This document shows positions 44,263 to 53,872 of a stretch of 64,000 bases of DNA, one piece after another. Origin of the DNA: an uncultured delta proteobacterium. Its GTDB lineage: Bacteria > Desulfobacterota > Zymogenia > Zymogenales > Zymogenaceae. The DNA is taken from positions 96,001 through 160,000 of the forward strand of contig CAVTLK010000001.1 of the NCBI GenBank assembly GCA_963735595.1, written 5' to 3'. The notes under the pieces were generated by a model. That model saw only the letters and a program-made list of their open reading frames with translations, was not told where the DNA came from and did not search any database. The position numbers and the translations under genes were made by a program. Numbering within the stretch: the stretch's first letter is position 1; each line of letters opens with the position of its first letter.

Positions 44263-45501
44263 TTATGACTCGACGGCGGTTATCTCTTCCGCCACGAGGT
44301 GTTCCTTGAATATATTCAACCAGTCAAGCATAAGTCGTGTGATCAGGAAATTCTTTCTGATATGCTCATGACCATTCTCACCTAATTTCTCCCTTAATTC
44401 CCTATCCTTTATGAGCCTGATCACGTCCTCGCTGAATCCCTTGATGTCGTAAGGGTCATGGAGAAAGCCCGTTTCCCCATCAATAATCTGAAAGGGAATC
44501 CCCCCCACTCGGGAGCCGACAACCGGTGTTTTCTTGTAGAGTGCCTCGGCGACGACCAGACCGAACCCTTCCCTATTGGACTTCTGAATGACGACGGTCG
44601 ATTCCCGCTGGAGGGCATTCACGAGTATGTTGTTTTCCACCAAGAGTAACACAATGTCGTTCTGATAGCGGTGCCTCGCCCACGCCTGTCTAACAGTATT
44701 ATATATTGCCTCTCCTTCTGGATCGTCCTTGGCCAGGGAGCCAATCAAGACGAGCTGGCAATCAACCCTACTTCTCACAAGCTCAAAGACCTTGAGAACA
44801 CCAAGCGGGTCCTTGAATTTATCGAATCGCGATACCTGGGTAATAATCGGTCTTGTCCGGTCAATCTTGAACTTATCGAGATACTTCGCAACCGTCGCCT
44901 CGGGGATATACCTGTTCTTGAGTGACAGCGGATCGATCGCCGGAAAGACAATGGTTTGGGGTATGGTAATGTCGTCTTTTCTGTAGTGGTCGTGGGAGAT
45001 AATGAGCCGATCGTACCTATTAATAAAGGTCTTCAGATAATCCCAAACAAGCTGATTTGGCTCCGTTACATCAACATGGAGCCTGAATACCCAGGGTTGT
45101 TTTTTCTCATAGAATGATATAAGGGGAAGCGGTTGCGGGTCGTGAATCATGACAAGGTCGTGATCAAGATGGGTAAACTTCGAGAATCGTCTATTGGTCT
45201 CAAGATAAATGTCCGTCTTCCTCGACGAAAAGTTAATCGTTTCACCCTGAAGCGCATTGTGAAGCTTTTTCGTTATCGCAAAAAAATCGGGAGTACCGTG
45301 GAGTATCCTCCATCCCAGTTTTAGTCCTACCTCGTCAAAAAGCGGGATCATGCTGTTGAGCATTTCCGCGACCCCGCCACCCTGATACGTAGAGCTGACA
45401 CACACGATGTGTTTGTCTCTCAACTCCCACCCGCTATGAAGAATGTTGTTGATGACCGATTTGCCCGCCAGCCTTAGATAGTCTTTGATAGTTCTTTTCA
45501 T
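44263..45501 (-). CDS. treT: TreT-like GT4 glycosyltransferase
   Basis: GGGVAEML, TKKLHNALQG, HDPQPL, SRFDKFKDP, EGFGLVVAEAL. Confidence 0.8.
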   Translation of the reverse strand: MKRTIKDYLRLAGKSVINNILHSGWELRDKHIVCVSSTYQGGGVAEMLNSMIPLFDEVGLKLGWRILHGTPDFFAITKKLHNALQGETINFSSRKTDIYLETNRRFSKFTHLDHDLVMIHDPQPLPLISFYEKKQPWVFRLHVDVTEPNQLVWDYLKTFINRYDRLIISHDHYRKDDITIPQTIVFPAIDPLSLKNRYIPEATVAKYLDKFKIDRTRPIITQVSRFDKFKDPLGVLKVFELVRSRVDCQLVLIGSLAKDDPEGEAIYNTVRQAWARHRYQNDIVLLLVENNILVNALQRESTVVIQKSNREGFGLVVAEALYKKTPVVGSRVGGIPFQIIDGETGFLHDPYDIKGFSEDVIRLIKDRELREKLGENGHEHIRKNFLITRLMLDWLNIFKEHLVAEEITAVES

Positions 45502-45721
45502 AAAAAGTCCTTATTACTAATTGTGTCATTTCAGGTTACGAGGTGGAGCCGTCGACTAATGGTCTTCTCGTCGACCACGTTCCTGCGTTTATTAACTGCT
45601 CCATACGTGTATTCAAGCGCGCCAACTAGACGGCCATTAGGATACGTGGGGTGGGGCGATGATCTCGCCCCACCCGTTTTTGTACAGACCGATTCCCGAA
45701 TCCCTCTATTACGGCGTGTCG

Positions 45722-47248
45722 CTACTTCTTTTTCTTAGTCGTTGTCCTTTTATCTGATTCGATTGACTTCATCCATTCATCGATCTTTCGCGACGCCATT
45801 TCCCTGCCACCGATGCCGAACGCGATCGCAGCAGCCACGGCCACCGATCCAAGCAACAGCCCGAACGCAATGGTTATTATCTGAGTCGCCAATCCCATCT
45901 CGCTCAGTGCCATCGCACCGGCCAGGAGTATAATGGCAACCCTAGCAATCATGGCCAGGAACCCCGCCTGGGACCTGCCCGTAGCGGAGATCGCTCGAGC
46001 CGCAAGGCCGGCAAGGTAGTAACCGATTGCGAAGATAACCAAACCAAGCGCTACTCGACCGATCATGAGGATAAACATCGACAGGAGTTGTGAGAGAACA
46101 TTGAAACCGAGAAGGTTCAGGGCCTCGACCGAAGCAAGAAGCATAACCACCACCAGGATGATCGTTCCGACTATCGCCGAGGGAGACGTCTTTTCGCCTA
46201 CCAGCTTCTCGGAGACTCCGATCTTCACCAGCATTTGGTCGAATCCCGCCCCTGCAAGCAGGTTGGAGATAAGCTCGGTTAGCCATCGCCCAATGACGTA
46301 CGCCAGCGCCAGGAGCAGTATCGCCGCAAAGATCGATGGAACTGCCGCGAGGATAATACCAAGCATTTCACTGGCAGGCTGGGTGATCGCCGTCAGGTTA
46401 AGGGCATTGAGCGCCGCAATAAAGACCGGGATCAGGATCAGGACGTAAACCAGAAGTCCGAGGACCGACGAAAGCTTTTGTTTTCCAAGGACCGGAGCAA
46501 AACCGATTCTCTCGGAAAAGGAGTCGACGCCGACGGCGGCCAAGAGGCTGGCCACCACCCGCTGAATGATGCGGGCAAAAAACCAGCCGATAAGGACTAT
46601 TAGTATCGCCACAAAGATACTCGGAAGGAAACCCAGGATATTGTCAATCATGCCGCGCACCGGTTCCAGGAGACCGGACAGCTTTAATACCCCGAGCACT
46701 GCAGGCAAGAACAGGAGAATGATGAGCCAGTAGGCGGCGGCTGCAATGGACTGGGTAACCTTAACTTTGCCTCCCTTCTCAACCGCGAGGTCTCCCAAAC
46801 GCTCATCGAGTTTCGTGGCCGTGAGGGCCTTGAGCAGCAGGAACCTAACCACGAGTGCCACGACCCACGCCAGGAGCAGTATCAGAGCCGCGGCAATAAG
46901 GCTCGGTAGATATCCGAAAACGAGAACGAGAAAGTTGTTGAGGGGGTCGGTTACAATGGTAAGACCCAGTGCCTGGAAGAAGGCGACCAGCACAAAGATC
47001 ATGATAAACCAGAAGAAGAACCTGCCCGTCCATTTTTCAATACTAACCGCCTTAACCTCCGTTCCCCCAATCCCGGCCAGTTTGTCGGATAGTTTCGATT
47101 TAGCAAGTGACCGGCGAATTAGTGAAGAGACGATAAGGGCGAGGACCCATCCGAGCACCAGGATGACAACCGCTCCCGCGAGGCTGGGGAGATAGGACCC
47201 CATCAATTCGCCGATTTTTGCCAAGATATTCTCAACTAATAGTTTCAT
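45722..47248 (-). CDS. Conserved TM-helix repeat protein (CmpX/mechanosensitive-channel associated)
   Basis: Repeated YLPS..GA..IL..GW units; C-terminal AIAFGIGGRE motif. Confidence 0.85.
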   Translation of the reverse strand: MKLLVENILAKIGELMGSYLPSLAGAVVILVLGWVLALIVSSLIRRSLAKSKLSDKLAGIGGTEVKAVSIEKWTGRFFFWFIMIFVLVAFFQALGLTIVTDPLNNFLVLVFGYLPSLIAAALILLLAWVVALVVRFLLLKALTATKLDERLGDLAVEKGGKVKVTQSIAAAAYWLIILLFLPAVLGVLKLSGLLEPVRGMIDNILGFLPSIFVAILIVLIGWFFARIIQRVVASLLAAVGVDSFSERIGFAPVLGKQKLSSVLGLLVYVLILIPVFIAALNALNLTAITQPASEMLGIILAAVPSIFAAILLLALAYVIGRWLTELISNLLAGAGFDQMLVKIGVSEKLVGEKTSPSAIVGTIILVVVMLLASVEALNLLGFNVLSQLLSMFILMIGRVALGLVIFAIGYYLAGLAARAISATGRSQAGFLAMIARVAIILLAGAMALSEMGLATQIITIAFGLLLGSVAVAAAIAFGIGGREMASRKIDEWMKSIESDKRTTTKKKK

Positions 47249-47271
47249 GACATCCTCCTATTGTTAGTTCC

Positions 47272-48420
47272 CTATTTATAAAGCTTTTTCGTAAACTCCC
47301 CGGCGTTTCCGGTCTCCTGTTGACGAACGTAGAGCGTTCTGATGGGAAACGGGATCTCGATACCCTCTTCGTTGTACCGCTCGTGGAGCTTTTTGATGAA
47401 TTCGTGTTTTACGACGTATTGATTGACGTACTCCTTGACCCTCAGAATGACCGTGAAGTTTATGCTGAAGTCATCGAACGTATGGTAGCGAAGGAAGGGT
47501 TCAAAAGTAGGGATCGCGCCATCGACCTCTTCCATGACACTCCGCGCTACTTCCTTCGTGATCCGCTCTACCTCCTTAAGGTCGCTATCGTACGCGACAC
47601 CGACTTGAATCAATACCGACATCTCCTGCTCGGGTCTGCAGAAGTTCGTGACGATACTGGATGCGAGTTTCGAGTTGGGAACGATTATCATATTGTTGGC
47701 CAATGCACGGATCGTCGTATTCCTCCAGTTGATGTCGGTTATGTATCCCTCTTCTCCGGACGAGAGTTTGATGTAGTCGCCCGGCTTTACCTTTTTCGAG
47801 GCAATTAGCTGAATTCCAGAGAAAAGGTTCGAGAGCGTATCCTGAAGCGCCAGGGCCGCCGCCAGTCCGCCGACACCCAGGGCTGTGAGGATCGGCGCAA
47901 TGGAAATACCAAGAAATTGGAGGATCACGAGAACACCCAGCAAGTAGGTAATAACCAATGTGATGTTGGTGAACATTGTAGTTGATTTAAAGGAGCCTTT
48001 GATGTTTTTCAAGTAACCCTGCACAAAGCCGGAAATAATCCGAGCGGTTAGTATCGTGACCGAAAAGATTAGGATGACCGAAACTATTTCCCCGGCGATG
48101 GTAATAATGCTATTACTTACTGGCGAGCTTATAAGTCCTAAATACGTTCCCCCAGTAATAAACCATATCAGGATAATTCCTCGAAGAGAATTTACAATTA
48201 TATTGCCAAGGCTGTTATGAGTACGAGTAACCAGAACCCTAATTCTTACAATAAAAATCTTTTCTATGACTAATCCAGTAACAATTCCGATCAGAACAAG
48301 TAGTATAGGAATAGTCCAGGATGACATGACGATAAAATCAATTATTGTATTCATAATAATGACTCTCTTAGGTTTGTTTTGTAATAGATCATTCGTGTAA
48401 CCAGCAGTAGTATCTATCAC
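47272..48420 (-). CDS. mscS: Small-conductance mechanosensitive channel
   Basis: LGVGGLAAALALQDTLSNLFSG, VPNS, GIEIPFP. Confidence 0.92.
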   Translation of the reverse strand: MIDTTAGYTNDLLQNKPKRVIIMNTIIDFIVMSSWTIPILLVLIGIVTGLVIEKIFIVRIRVLVTRTHNSLGNIIVNSLRGIILIWFITGGTYLGLISSPVSNSIITIAGEIVSVILIFSVTILTARIISGFVQGYLKNIKGSFKSTTMFTNITLVITYLLGVLVILQFLGISIAPILTALGVGGLAAALALQDTLSNLFSGIQLIASKKVKPGDYIKLSSGEEGYITDINWRNTTIRALANNMIIVPNSKLASSIVTNFCRPEQEMSVLIQVGVAYDSDLKEVERITKEVARSVMEEVDGAIPTFEPFLRYHTFDDFSINFTVILRVKEYVNQYVVKHEFIKKLHERYNEEGIEIPFPIRTLYVRQQETGNAGEFTKKLYK

Positions 48421-48440
48421 TACAAGATCAGATTTCCGTA

Positions 48441-48701
48441 CTATTTCCCTGTCTCTGCTGACACATCATTCATACTAAGTATTTCAAATAAACCTTCAAT
48501 CACCTGCATATGATATCTATTCACTCTCAATTGGATATCTATAAGCTCTTTACCGATTCTATATAATAAACATTGTTCTGCCGGTTTGCTGGTAGATAAT
48601 GTTTCCTGTTGATTGACATCTGATTCCAAACCTGATGCAGTAGTTGAAAAACAAATCATTGCAGCAAATAATATTGCTATCCTATAAACGTTTCCTTTCA
48701 T
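48441..48701 (-). CDS. Small secreted hypothetical protein
   Basis: AGGAGG RBS; signal-like MKGNVYRIAILFAAMICFSTTASG. Confidence 0.55.
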   Translation of the reverse strand: MKGNVYRIAILFAAMICFSTTASGLESDVNQQETLSTSKPAEQCLLYRIGKELIDIQLRVNRYHMQVIEGLFEILSMNDVSAETGK

Positions 48702-48768
48702 TTTATTCCTCCTAATATCACGCGAGAAATATCGTGAAATCAAGGTATTCTTTGTAGTGCCCGTAAGC

Positions 48769-49158
48769 TTAGATCCGGTGAGCGTTAGCTTCTTTCGGTA
48801 AAAGGGGATCTATGATGAAATGGTCCGAAACAGTCAATGATTCCGGTTGATGTCTATACAATCTATAATACCGTAGGATTTTTGGTGACAGAAAGAGGAC
48901 AAGTCCGTCTTGCTTTGGCATGATAAACGCCGCGTGTTTTGACAGTATCTTGAGGTGTTTGAGAAGCTGATTGATACTATTTTTCTTATAATCAACGAAT
49001 GGTACCAACTCCTCCGCTTTTTTTAGCAGCCGTCTGAGTCTCAAGAAGTTTTTCTCGATTCCAGATCTAACACCGATCGCGGGAACGAAGATCGATATGC
49101 ACGGGCCGTCCTTCTTGCCTATCAGCCTTTTTATGTCTTTTAGTGAGATCGAATACAT
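48769..49158 (-). CDS. Protein resembling the N-terminal part of baeRF3/7 (bacterial aRF1-like release factor family)
   Basis: GPCISIFVP...LRLRRLLKKAEE...QDGLVLFLS...YYRL...VSDHFIIDPLLP pattern; stops at 129 aa. Confidence 0.6.
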   Translation of the reverse strand: MYSISLKDIKRLIGKKDGPCISIFVPAIGVRSGIEKNFLRLRRLLKKAEELVPFVDYKKNSINQLLKHLKILSKHAAFIMPKQDGLVLFLSPKILRYYRLYRHQPESLTVSDHFIIDPLLPKEANAHRI

Positions 49159-49260
49159 TGTGTTTTAGTCCTCTCCTAAGTTAAAAGAGATTTTCTCCTT
49201 TATCCAACTCGTATTGGAGTGCCGCCGTTATTGCGGCCATTCTTCTTAAGAAAATCCCCG

Positions 49261-49626
49261 CTAAAGGGTTTCCATCACCGTCTTCAGCATCGTGATGCTT
49301 ATCGGTTTTTCAAAACAGAATTCGGCTTCCCTTCCGAGAAATTTCCGTACTCTTTCTTCTGAATCTTTCTTGGGGACAATAGTTATAATTGATGCCTTTG
49401 ATTGAAAGATTCTTAAATAGTTAAGTATTTGATCAGATCTAGTGTCGAATGAATCCAGGTCGGCAACGACCACGTCAAATGGTTTAAGAAAGGGTTTGTT
49501 GAATACATCGTTTACATCCCTTGCTATAAAAACATTGTGTTCGGCGATAGTTAGCTTTTTTATCAACACATCAAGCAATAAATCTTCTTTTCCAATAATA
49601 AGAAATCTTCTACCCTTCTTTATCAT
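49261..49626 (-). CDS. Atypical single receiver domain protein
   Basis: FDVVVADL and FEKPI present; acidic pocket degenerate (IIGKED). Confidence 0.7.
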   Translation of the reverse strand: MIKKGRRFLIIGKEDLLLDVLIKKLTIAEHNVFIARDVNDVFNKPFLKPFDVVVADLDSFDTRSDQILNYLRIFQSKASIITIVPKKDSEERVRKFLGREAEFCFEKPISITMLKTVMETL

Positions 49627-49784
49627 AGTATATCCCTCGGGATTGGAAGAATTGCTATAAAAGCAATGATGAGGTTCCTCGACGTTCCTATCTAATGTGC
49701 AATATCAGTAATTTATCGTCAACATCATGAACAAAAAATATCAAACCATCCGCGTCAATGACGATCCTTCCGGTAAAACGTTTC

Positions 49785-50171
49785 TTATAACTCCCTCTTC
49801 TCCCAGTGCTGGATCATACTGGTAACAATTGAGAGCAGTATCCTTGTATCCCAATCCATGTAGCCAACAAAACGGGGTCGTAATAGGTGAGCGAGTGCGG
49901 TTGTCTTCGGGTCATGATCGTTCAGGATGAGAATTGAGGGTATGGATCTCAATAAATCCTGCAGGGATAGTATTTGCGATAGCTCTTGCTCCGAATCAAC
50001 GAAGAGGAGGGCCATTATTTTGTTATGCGATGGGCGTTTTAGTCTTTCCGTGAGTACCCCAAACGCATCTATAATCTCCACGTTTGCCCGTATCTGTTCT
50101 GCCATAACCATGTCGTGGAATTGTTTTTTTATTAACTGTCTTTGATGGGTATATAAGAGAAGGTCTACCAT
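49785..50171 (-). CDS. Hypothetical protein, degenerate receiver-like fold
   Basis: 128-aa alpha/beta pattern; ILILND...AHLLRPRF. Confidence 0.55.
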   Translation of the reverse strand: MVDLLLYTHQRQLIKKQFHDMVMAEQIRANVEIIDAFGVLTERLKRPSHNKIMALLFVDSEQELSQILSLQDLLRSIPSILILNDHDPKTTALAHLLRPRFVGYMDWDTRILLSIVTSMIQHWEKREL

Positions 50172-50246
50172 ATAGTATTCTCCGATTTTTGATTGTTCGT
50201 GTAATACTCGATATGAGGGTACGCTTCTTGCGTGTTGATAGCCATA

Positions 50247-50624
50247 TCAGTCGACGTATTCCATGGTATTGTGCAAATACGCTTTAATATGGTCTATCTT
50301 GATGGGCTTTTCCATGCTATAATCAGCTCCTTCCTGAAACACCCGGACTGAAACGTCCTCCTTGCCGGACGGGACTATTGCGAAGATGGATGCCTCGGGT
50401 TGGACATCTCGAAGATCCCCGATAAGTCCGATACCTTCTTTGCCGAGCGAATCCACATCCACGATGATAAGGTCAAAAGGCCCGGTCGAAGCTTTATGAT
50501 AGCCTCTTGACTCATTGGAGGCGCTCAGGACGATACGATGCTCCGAGCCTATCCAGTATTTGAGAAGATCCGAAAGAATGGGATCTTTCTCTACGACTAA
50601 TATGTTCTGTTTCTTTTTTCTCAT
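50247..50624 (-). CDS. Single-domain response regulator
   Basis: ILVVEKD, FDLIIVDV, GADYSMEKPI. Confidence 0.8.
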   Translation of the reverse strand: MRKKKQNILVVEKDPILSDLLKYWIGSEHRIVLSASNESRGYHKASTGPFDLIIVDVDSLGKEGIGLIGDLRDVQPEASIFAIVPSGKEDVSVRVFQEGADYSMEKPIKIDHIKAYLHNTMEYVD

Positions 50625-50690
50625 CGCTACATAGTATGCATCAACGAACAACGGATCAGGCTCATGGATAGTATCCGTTTTCGAGCACGT

Positions 50691-51839
50691 TTACCGGTTT
50701 ATGGCTACCCTGTTATACAAGGGTTCATTCTCAACGGCCGGATGGCGTTCGCGACCGTAGTCATCGAGCCAGTATGCCTCGGGATTGTTCCTGAACACGA
50801 GAATGCGCGAGGCGTCCTTTTGATTGACCGCCTCGTGATACTTGAAATACGTGTAGCCGTCGGACTTCCCGATGATCTCAATCTTTCCGCTCGCGTGCGA
50901 CATGATCAGTTTTGCCCGCTTGGCCAGGCCTGAAACGAACCGCTTGGCCTCCTTGAAGATCTCGAAGGTGAGTTCAACCGGAACCGCGTAGGGCAAGTTA
51001 CCGTAAACCGGTCTGCACTGAAAAACATAGTACGGAGGCACCCCAACAAATGAGAGCTTTCTAAAGAGGTCTGCCAGGGTATCAGGATCATCATTGACTC
51101 CACGAATGAGGGGAGTCTGGTTTGCCATGATAGCCCCCGCCGTGCGGAGGAGTTCCAACGCATCGACGGCCTGTTCTGTCAGCTCTCGCGGATGATTGAA
51201 ATGGGTCATGATATAGATACGCTTCTCCTGTGTGGAGTGAGTTTTGATTACATCGAGAAGGTTCTGATCCTCGGTAATCCTGAAGGGATTGAAAGCCGGT
51301 ATTTTTGTCCCAATCCGTATGATTTGTACATGCGGGATTTCTCGCAGTGTTCTTAAAATCACCCCAAGTTTTTCGCTGGAGAGCAACAACGGGTCACCAC
51401 CCGAAAGCAGCACGTTGGTGATACAAGAGTGCTTTCGGATGTAATCGTATGCCTCAGTAAGATCGGTCACGGCTTCCTCGTTTTCATCGAGGAAGAGACG
51501 CTTTCTGAAACAGAACCGGCAGAATCCACCGCATACGTTATTGACTAAAAGCACCGCCGTCGAAGAGTACTTATGCTGCAGTCCCGGTACCTTCGTATGC
51601 ACGTCCTCGTGAGACGCATCAAGGGTCCCCCATTCGCTTAACTCCTCATTATCGGGGATCACTATACGGGCGATCGGGTCTTTCGGGTCGGTAAAGTCGA
51701 TAAGCGAGAGATAGTAATCGTTTGCCCGAAAATGGAATAGCTTCGATACACTCCTAATCCTTTCCGTCCGTGTTCGGGGAAGACCGGGTATCTTTTCAAT
51801 CCTGGTGATATAGCTTGTCTTCATATCTGATTCTCCCAT
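50691..51839 (-). CDS. KamA-family radical SAM aminomutase-like protein
   Basis: GLQHKY, CGGFCRFCFRKR, VLLSGGDPL, THFNHPRE, NQTPLIRGVND, PYYVFQCR. Confidence 0.9.
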   Translation of the reverse strand: MGESDMKTSYITRIEKIPGLPRTRTERIRSVSKLFHFRANDYYLSLIDFTDPKDPIARIVIPDNEELSEWGTLDASHEDVHTKVPGLQHKYSSTAVLLVNNVCGGFCRFCFRKRLFLDENEEAVTDLTEAYDYIRKHSCITNVLLSGGDPLLLSSEKLGVILRTLREIPHVQIIRIGTKIPAFNPFRITEDQNLLDVIKTHSTQEKRIYIMTHFNHPRELTEQAVDALELLRTAGAIMANQTPLIRGVNDDPDTLADLFRKLSFVGVPPYYVFQCRPVYGNLPYAVPVELTFEIFKEAKRFVSGLAKRAKLIMSHASGKIEIIGKSDGYTYFKYHEAVNQKDASRILVFRNNPEAYWLDDYGRERHPAVENEPLYNRVAINR

Positions 51840-51939
51840 CTTTTGTACAATGAAAATTGATTCGTGTAATCCTTCCTATTCCCGTCCGAATCAACACCTG
51901 ATACGCGTTGGATATCGAATGTCTCTAATCAATAATAAA

Positions 51940-51956
51940 AGCAAGATTGATGCCAG
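51940..51956 (-). promoter_or_regulatory. Sigma-54 (-24/-12) promoter
   Basis: Minus strand CTGGCATCAATCTTGCT = GG-N10-GC, ~100 nt upstream of the KamA-family gene and downstream of an enhancer-binding-protein gene. Confidence 0.8.
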
Positions 51957-52273
51957 AATCTCCGAGAAACAAAAAGTGTAATCATTACAGATAAATGCCT
52001 TTCGCTCAAGAATCTTAGCTCTTTGTATAGGCGCGCAGGATAATCGCGAGGCAAGACATATTCCTATGAGACAAGAAATATTCTTATGGGACAGTATACA
52101 AGCAGACGATCGGGGGGGTATACTTATGTACGGTTCTATTGCCGTATTACGACGGTATACACGCACGAATGCAAACGGGCCATTTCGTTGGGCTTGTGAA
52201 GATCAGCGGATAGAGACGACGGTGTTTTAGAACAAGAGCCTTTCTGTTGGTGCGTTTATATGAGAAGGGTGGT

Positions 52274-53692
52274 CTACCAGGAAGGGGTTATTGAATGTCT
52301 CTTGAGAAGCGCATAGAGGCGAGACTGAGATAATCCTGAAATCCTGCATGCTTTACCGATATCGCCCTCGGCGATTGACATCAGTTCTCTCAGATAGCTC
52401 TCTTCAGTTTCCTCGATCGTTCTTTTTCGCATCTCTCCGATGGTTGGGAGATATCTCTGACTTAGGGTATCCTTTTTTTGTTTCGTATCGGGTTCCGTTC
52501 CTGTTACCGTTCTTGATTTCGCCAGTTGAACCCGTACGTTGATCGGTAGGTGTTTTGAAAAGAGGATTCGCTCTGAATGGGCAGCCGTTACCGCTCGATC
52601 TATCGCATTCAATAACTCGCGGACATTCCCCGGCCAGTTATACTGCATCAGCGCGTCAAAAAAATCTGAGGAATACTCTTTCCGTTCTATCTCCTGTTTC
52701 TGACAGAACTCAGCAATACCATACGGTAGAAGCTCCTTTATGTCTTCCTTACGTTCTCTCAATGCGGGAAGCTTGATGGTAAACGCGCGCAGTCGAAAGA
52801 GAAGATCTTCGCGGAACTTCTTTTTCTGAACTTGCTCGTCTAGATCTCTATTGGATGCGGAGATAATTCTAAAATCGCTTGCGATGTGTTTCTTGCCGCC
52901 CACTTTTCGAAAAGTCTTCTCCTGCAACACCCTCAGAAAAGACTTCTGTGCCGAGAGGGGGAGTTCTCCTACTTCATCAAGGAACAGGGTGCCTCCATCG
53001 GCCTGTTGCACCAACCCATCTTGGGGAGTATCGGCACCGGTAAAGGCGCCCTTTTCGTATCCGAAAAGGATGCTTTCCACGAGATTCTCGGGCAGTGCTG
53101 CGCAATCGACGACGACAAAACTCCTATCCGCGCGATTGCTGCTATTATGGATGGCACGTGCGGATAGCTCCTTGCCTGTTCCTGTCTCTCCTATAATAAG
53201 AACATGTGCATTACCTTTGGACGCTTGCGCCATGAGGTCGATACACGTACTAAGCTGAGGGCTGCTTCCAATGATATCCCTGAATGTTTCGTGTTTCAAG
53301 GCGTGGGGCGGTCCCTCGGCAACTTTTTGTATACGATACTTCAGCGCATGCGCAAGGTGATGCAAGAGAGCTTTATTGGATGGCTTCTTGATTACATACT
53401 CCCATGCCCCGGCCTCAATAGCCTTTCCCGCCTCTTCGGGATCGGGCGCGTCGGTGATGATAATCACTTCGGGTGACGGGGGGGTCTTGATAATCTCCGG
53501 GATCAGATCGATCCCCCTTCCACTATTCATGGAACTGTTGAGAAGGATAACGTCGGGCTCGTGGGTACTTATTGTCCGTATCAAATCTTCCGCCGAATAA
53601 AGAACGGTGACCTTATGGCCGATTTCGGTTATCCGAAAAGATAGAGATTTACAAAATAATCTGTCTGCGTCGACGATTGATACGTGTGCCAT
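52274..53692 (-). CDS. NtrC-family sigma-54 activator (REC-AAA+-HTH)
   Basis: GETGTGKE, GAFTGA, GTLFLDEVGEL, WPGNVREL, C-terminal HTH. Confidence 0.95.
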   Translation of the reverse strand: MAHVSIVDADRLFCKSLSFRITEIGHKVTVLYSAEDLIRTISTHEPDVILLNSSMNSGRGIDLIPEIIKTPPSPEVIIITDAPDPEEAGKAIEAGAWEYVIKKPSNKALLHHLAHALKYRIQKVAEGPPHALKHETFRDIIGSSPQLSTCIDLMAQASKGNAHVLIIGETGTGKELSARAIHNSSNRADRSFVVVDCAALPENLVESILFGYEKGAFTGADTPQDGLVQQADGGTLFLDEVGELPLSAQKSFLRVLQEKTFRKVGGKKHIASDFRIISASNRDLDEQVQKKKFREDLLFRLRAFTIKLPALRERKEDIKELLPYGIAEFCQKQEIERKEYSSDFFDALMQYNWPGNVRELLNAIDRAVTAAHSERILFSKHLPINVRVQLAKSRTVTGTEPDTKQKKDTLSQRYLPTIGEMRKRTIEETEESYLRELMSIAEGDIGKACRISGLSQSRLYALLKRHSITPSW

Positions 53693-53872
53693 TTTTCCTT
53701 ATATCATTTAGGATCGACAAGCTTTTTCAGCTCGATACTTTTATATGCTTGCTTCGCAAACAAAACATGATCAGAGGGATAAATGATAGCAATCAGTTTT
53801 AAAAAGAAGTATCGCCAGTGTTATTGCATGTCTCATCAGCTCCCGTGATAGTCGATCGGAAAACCAAGTGGA

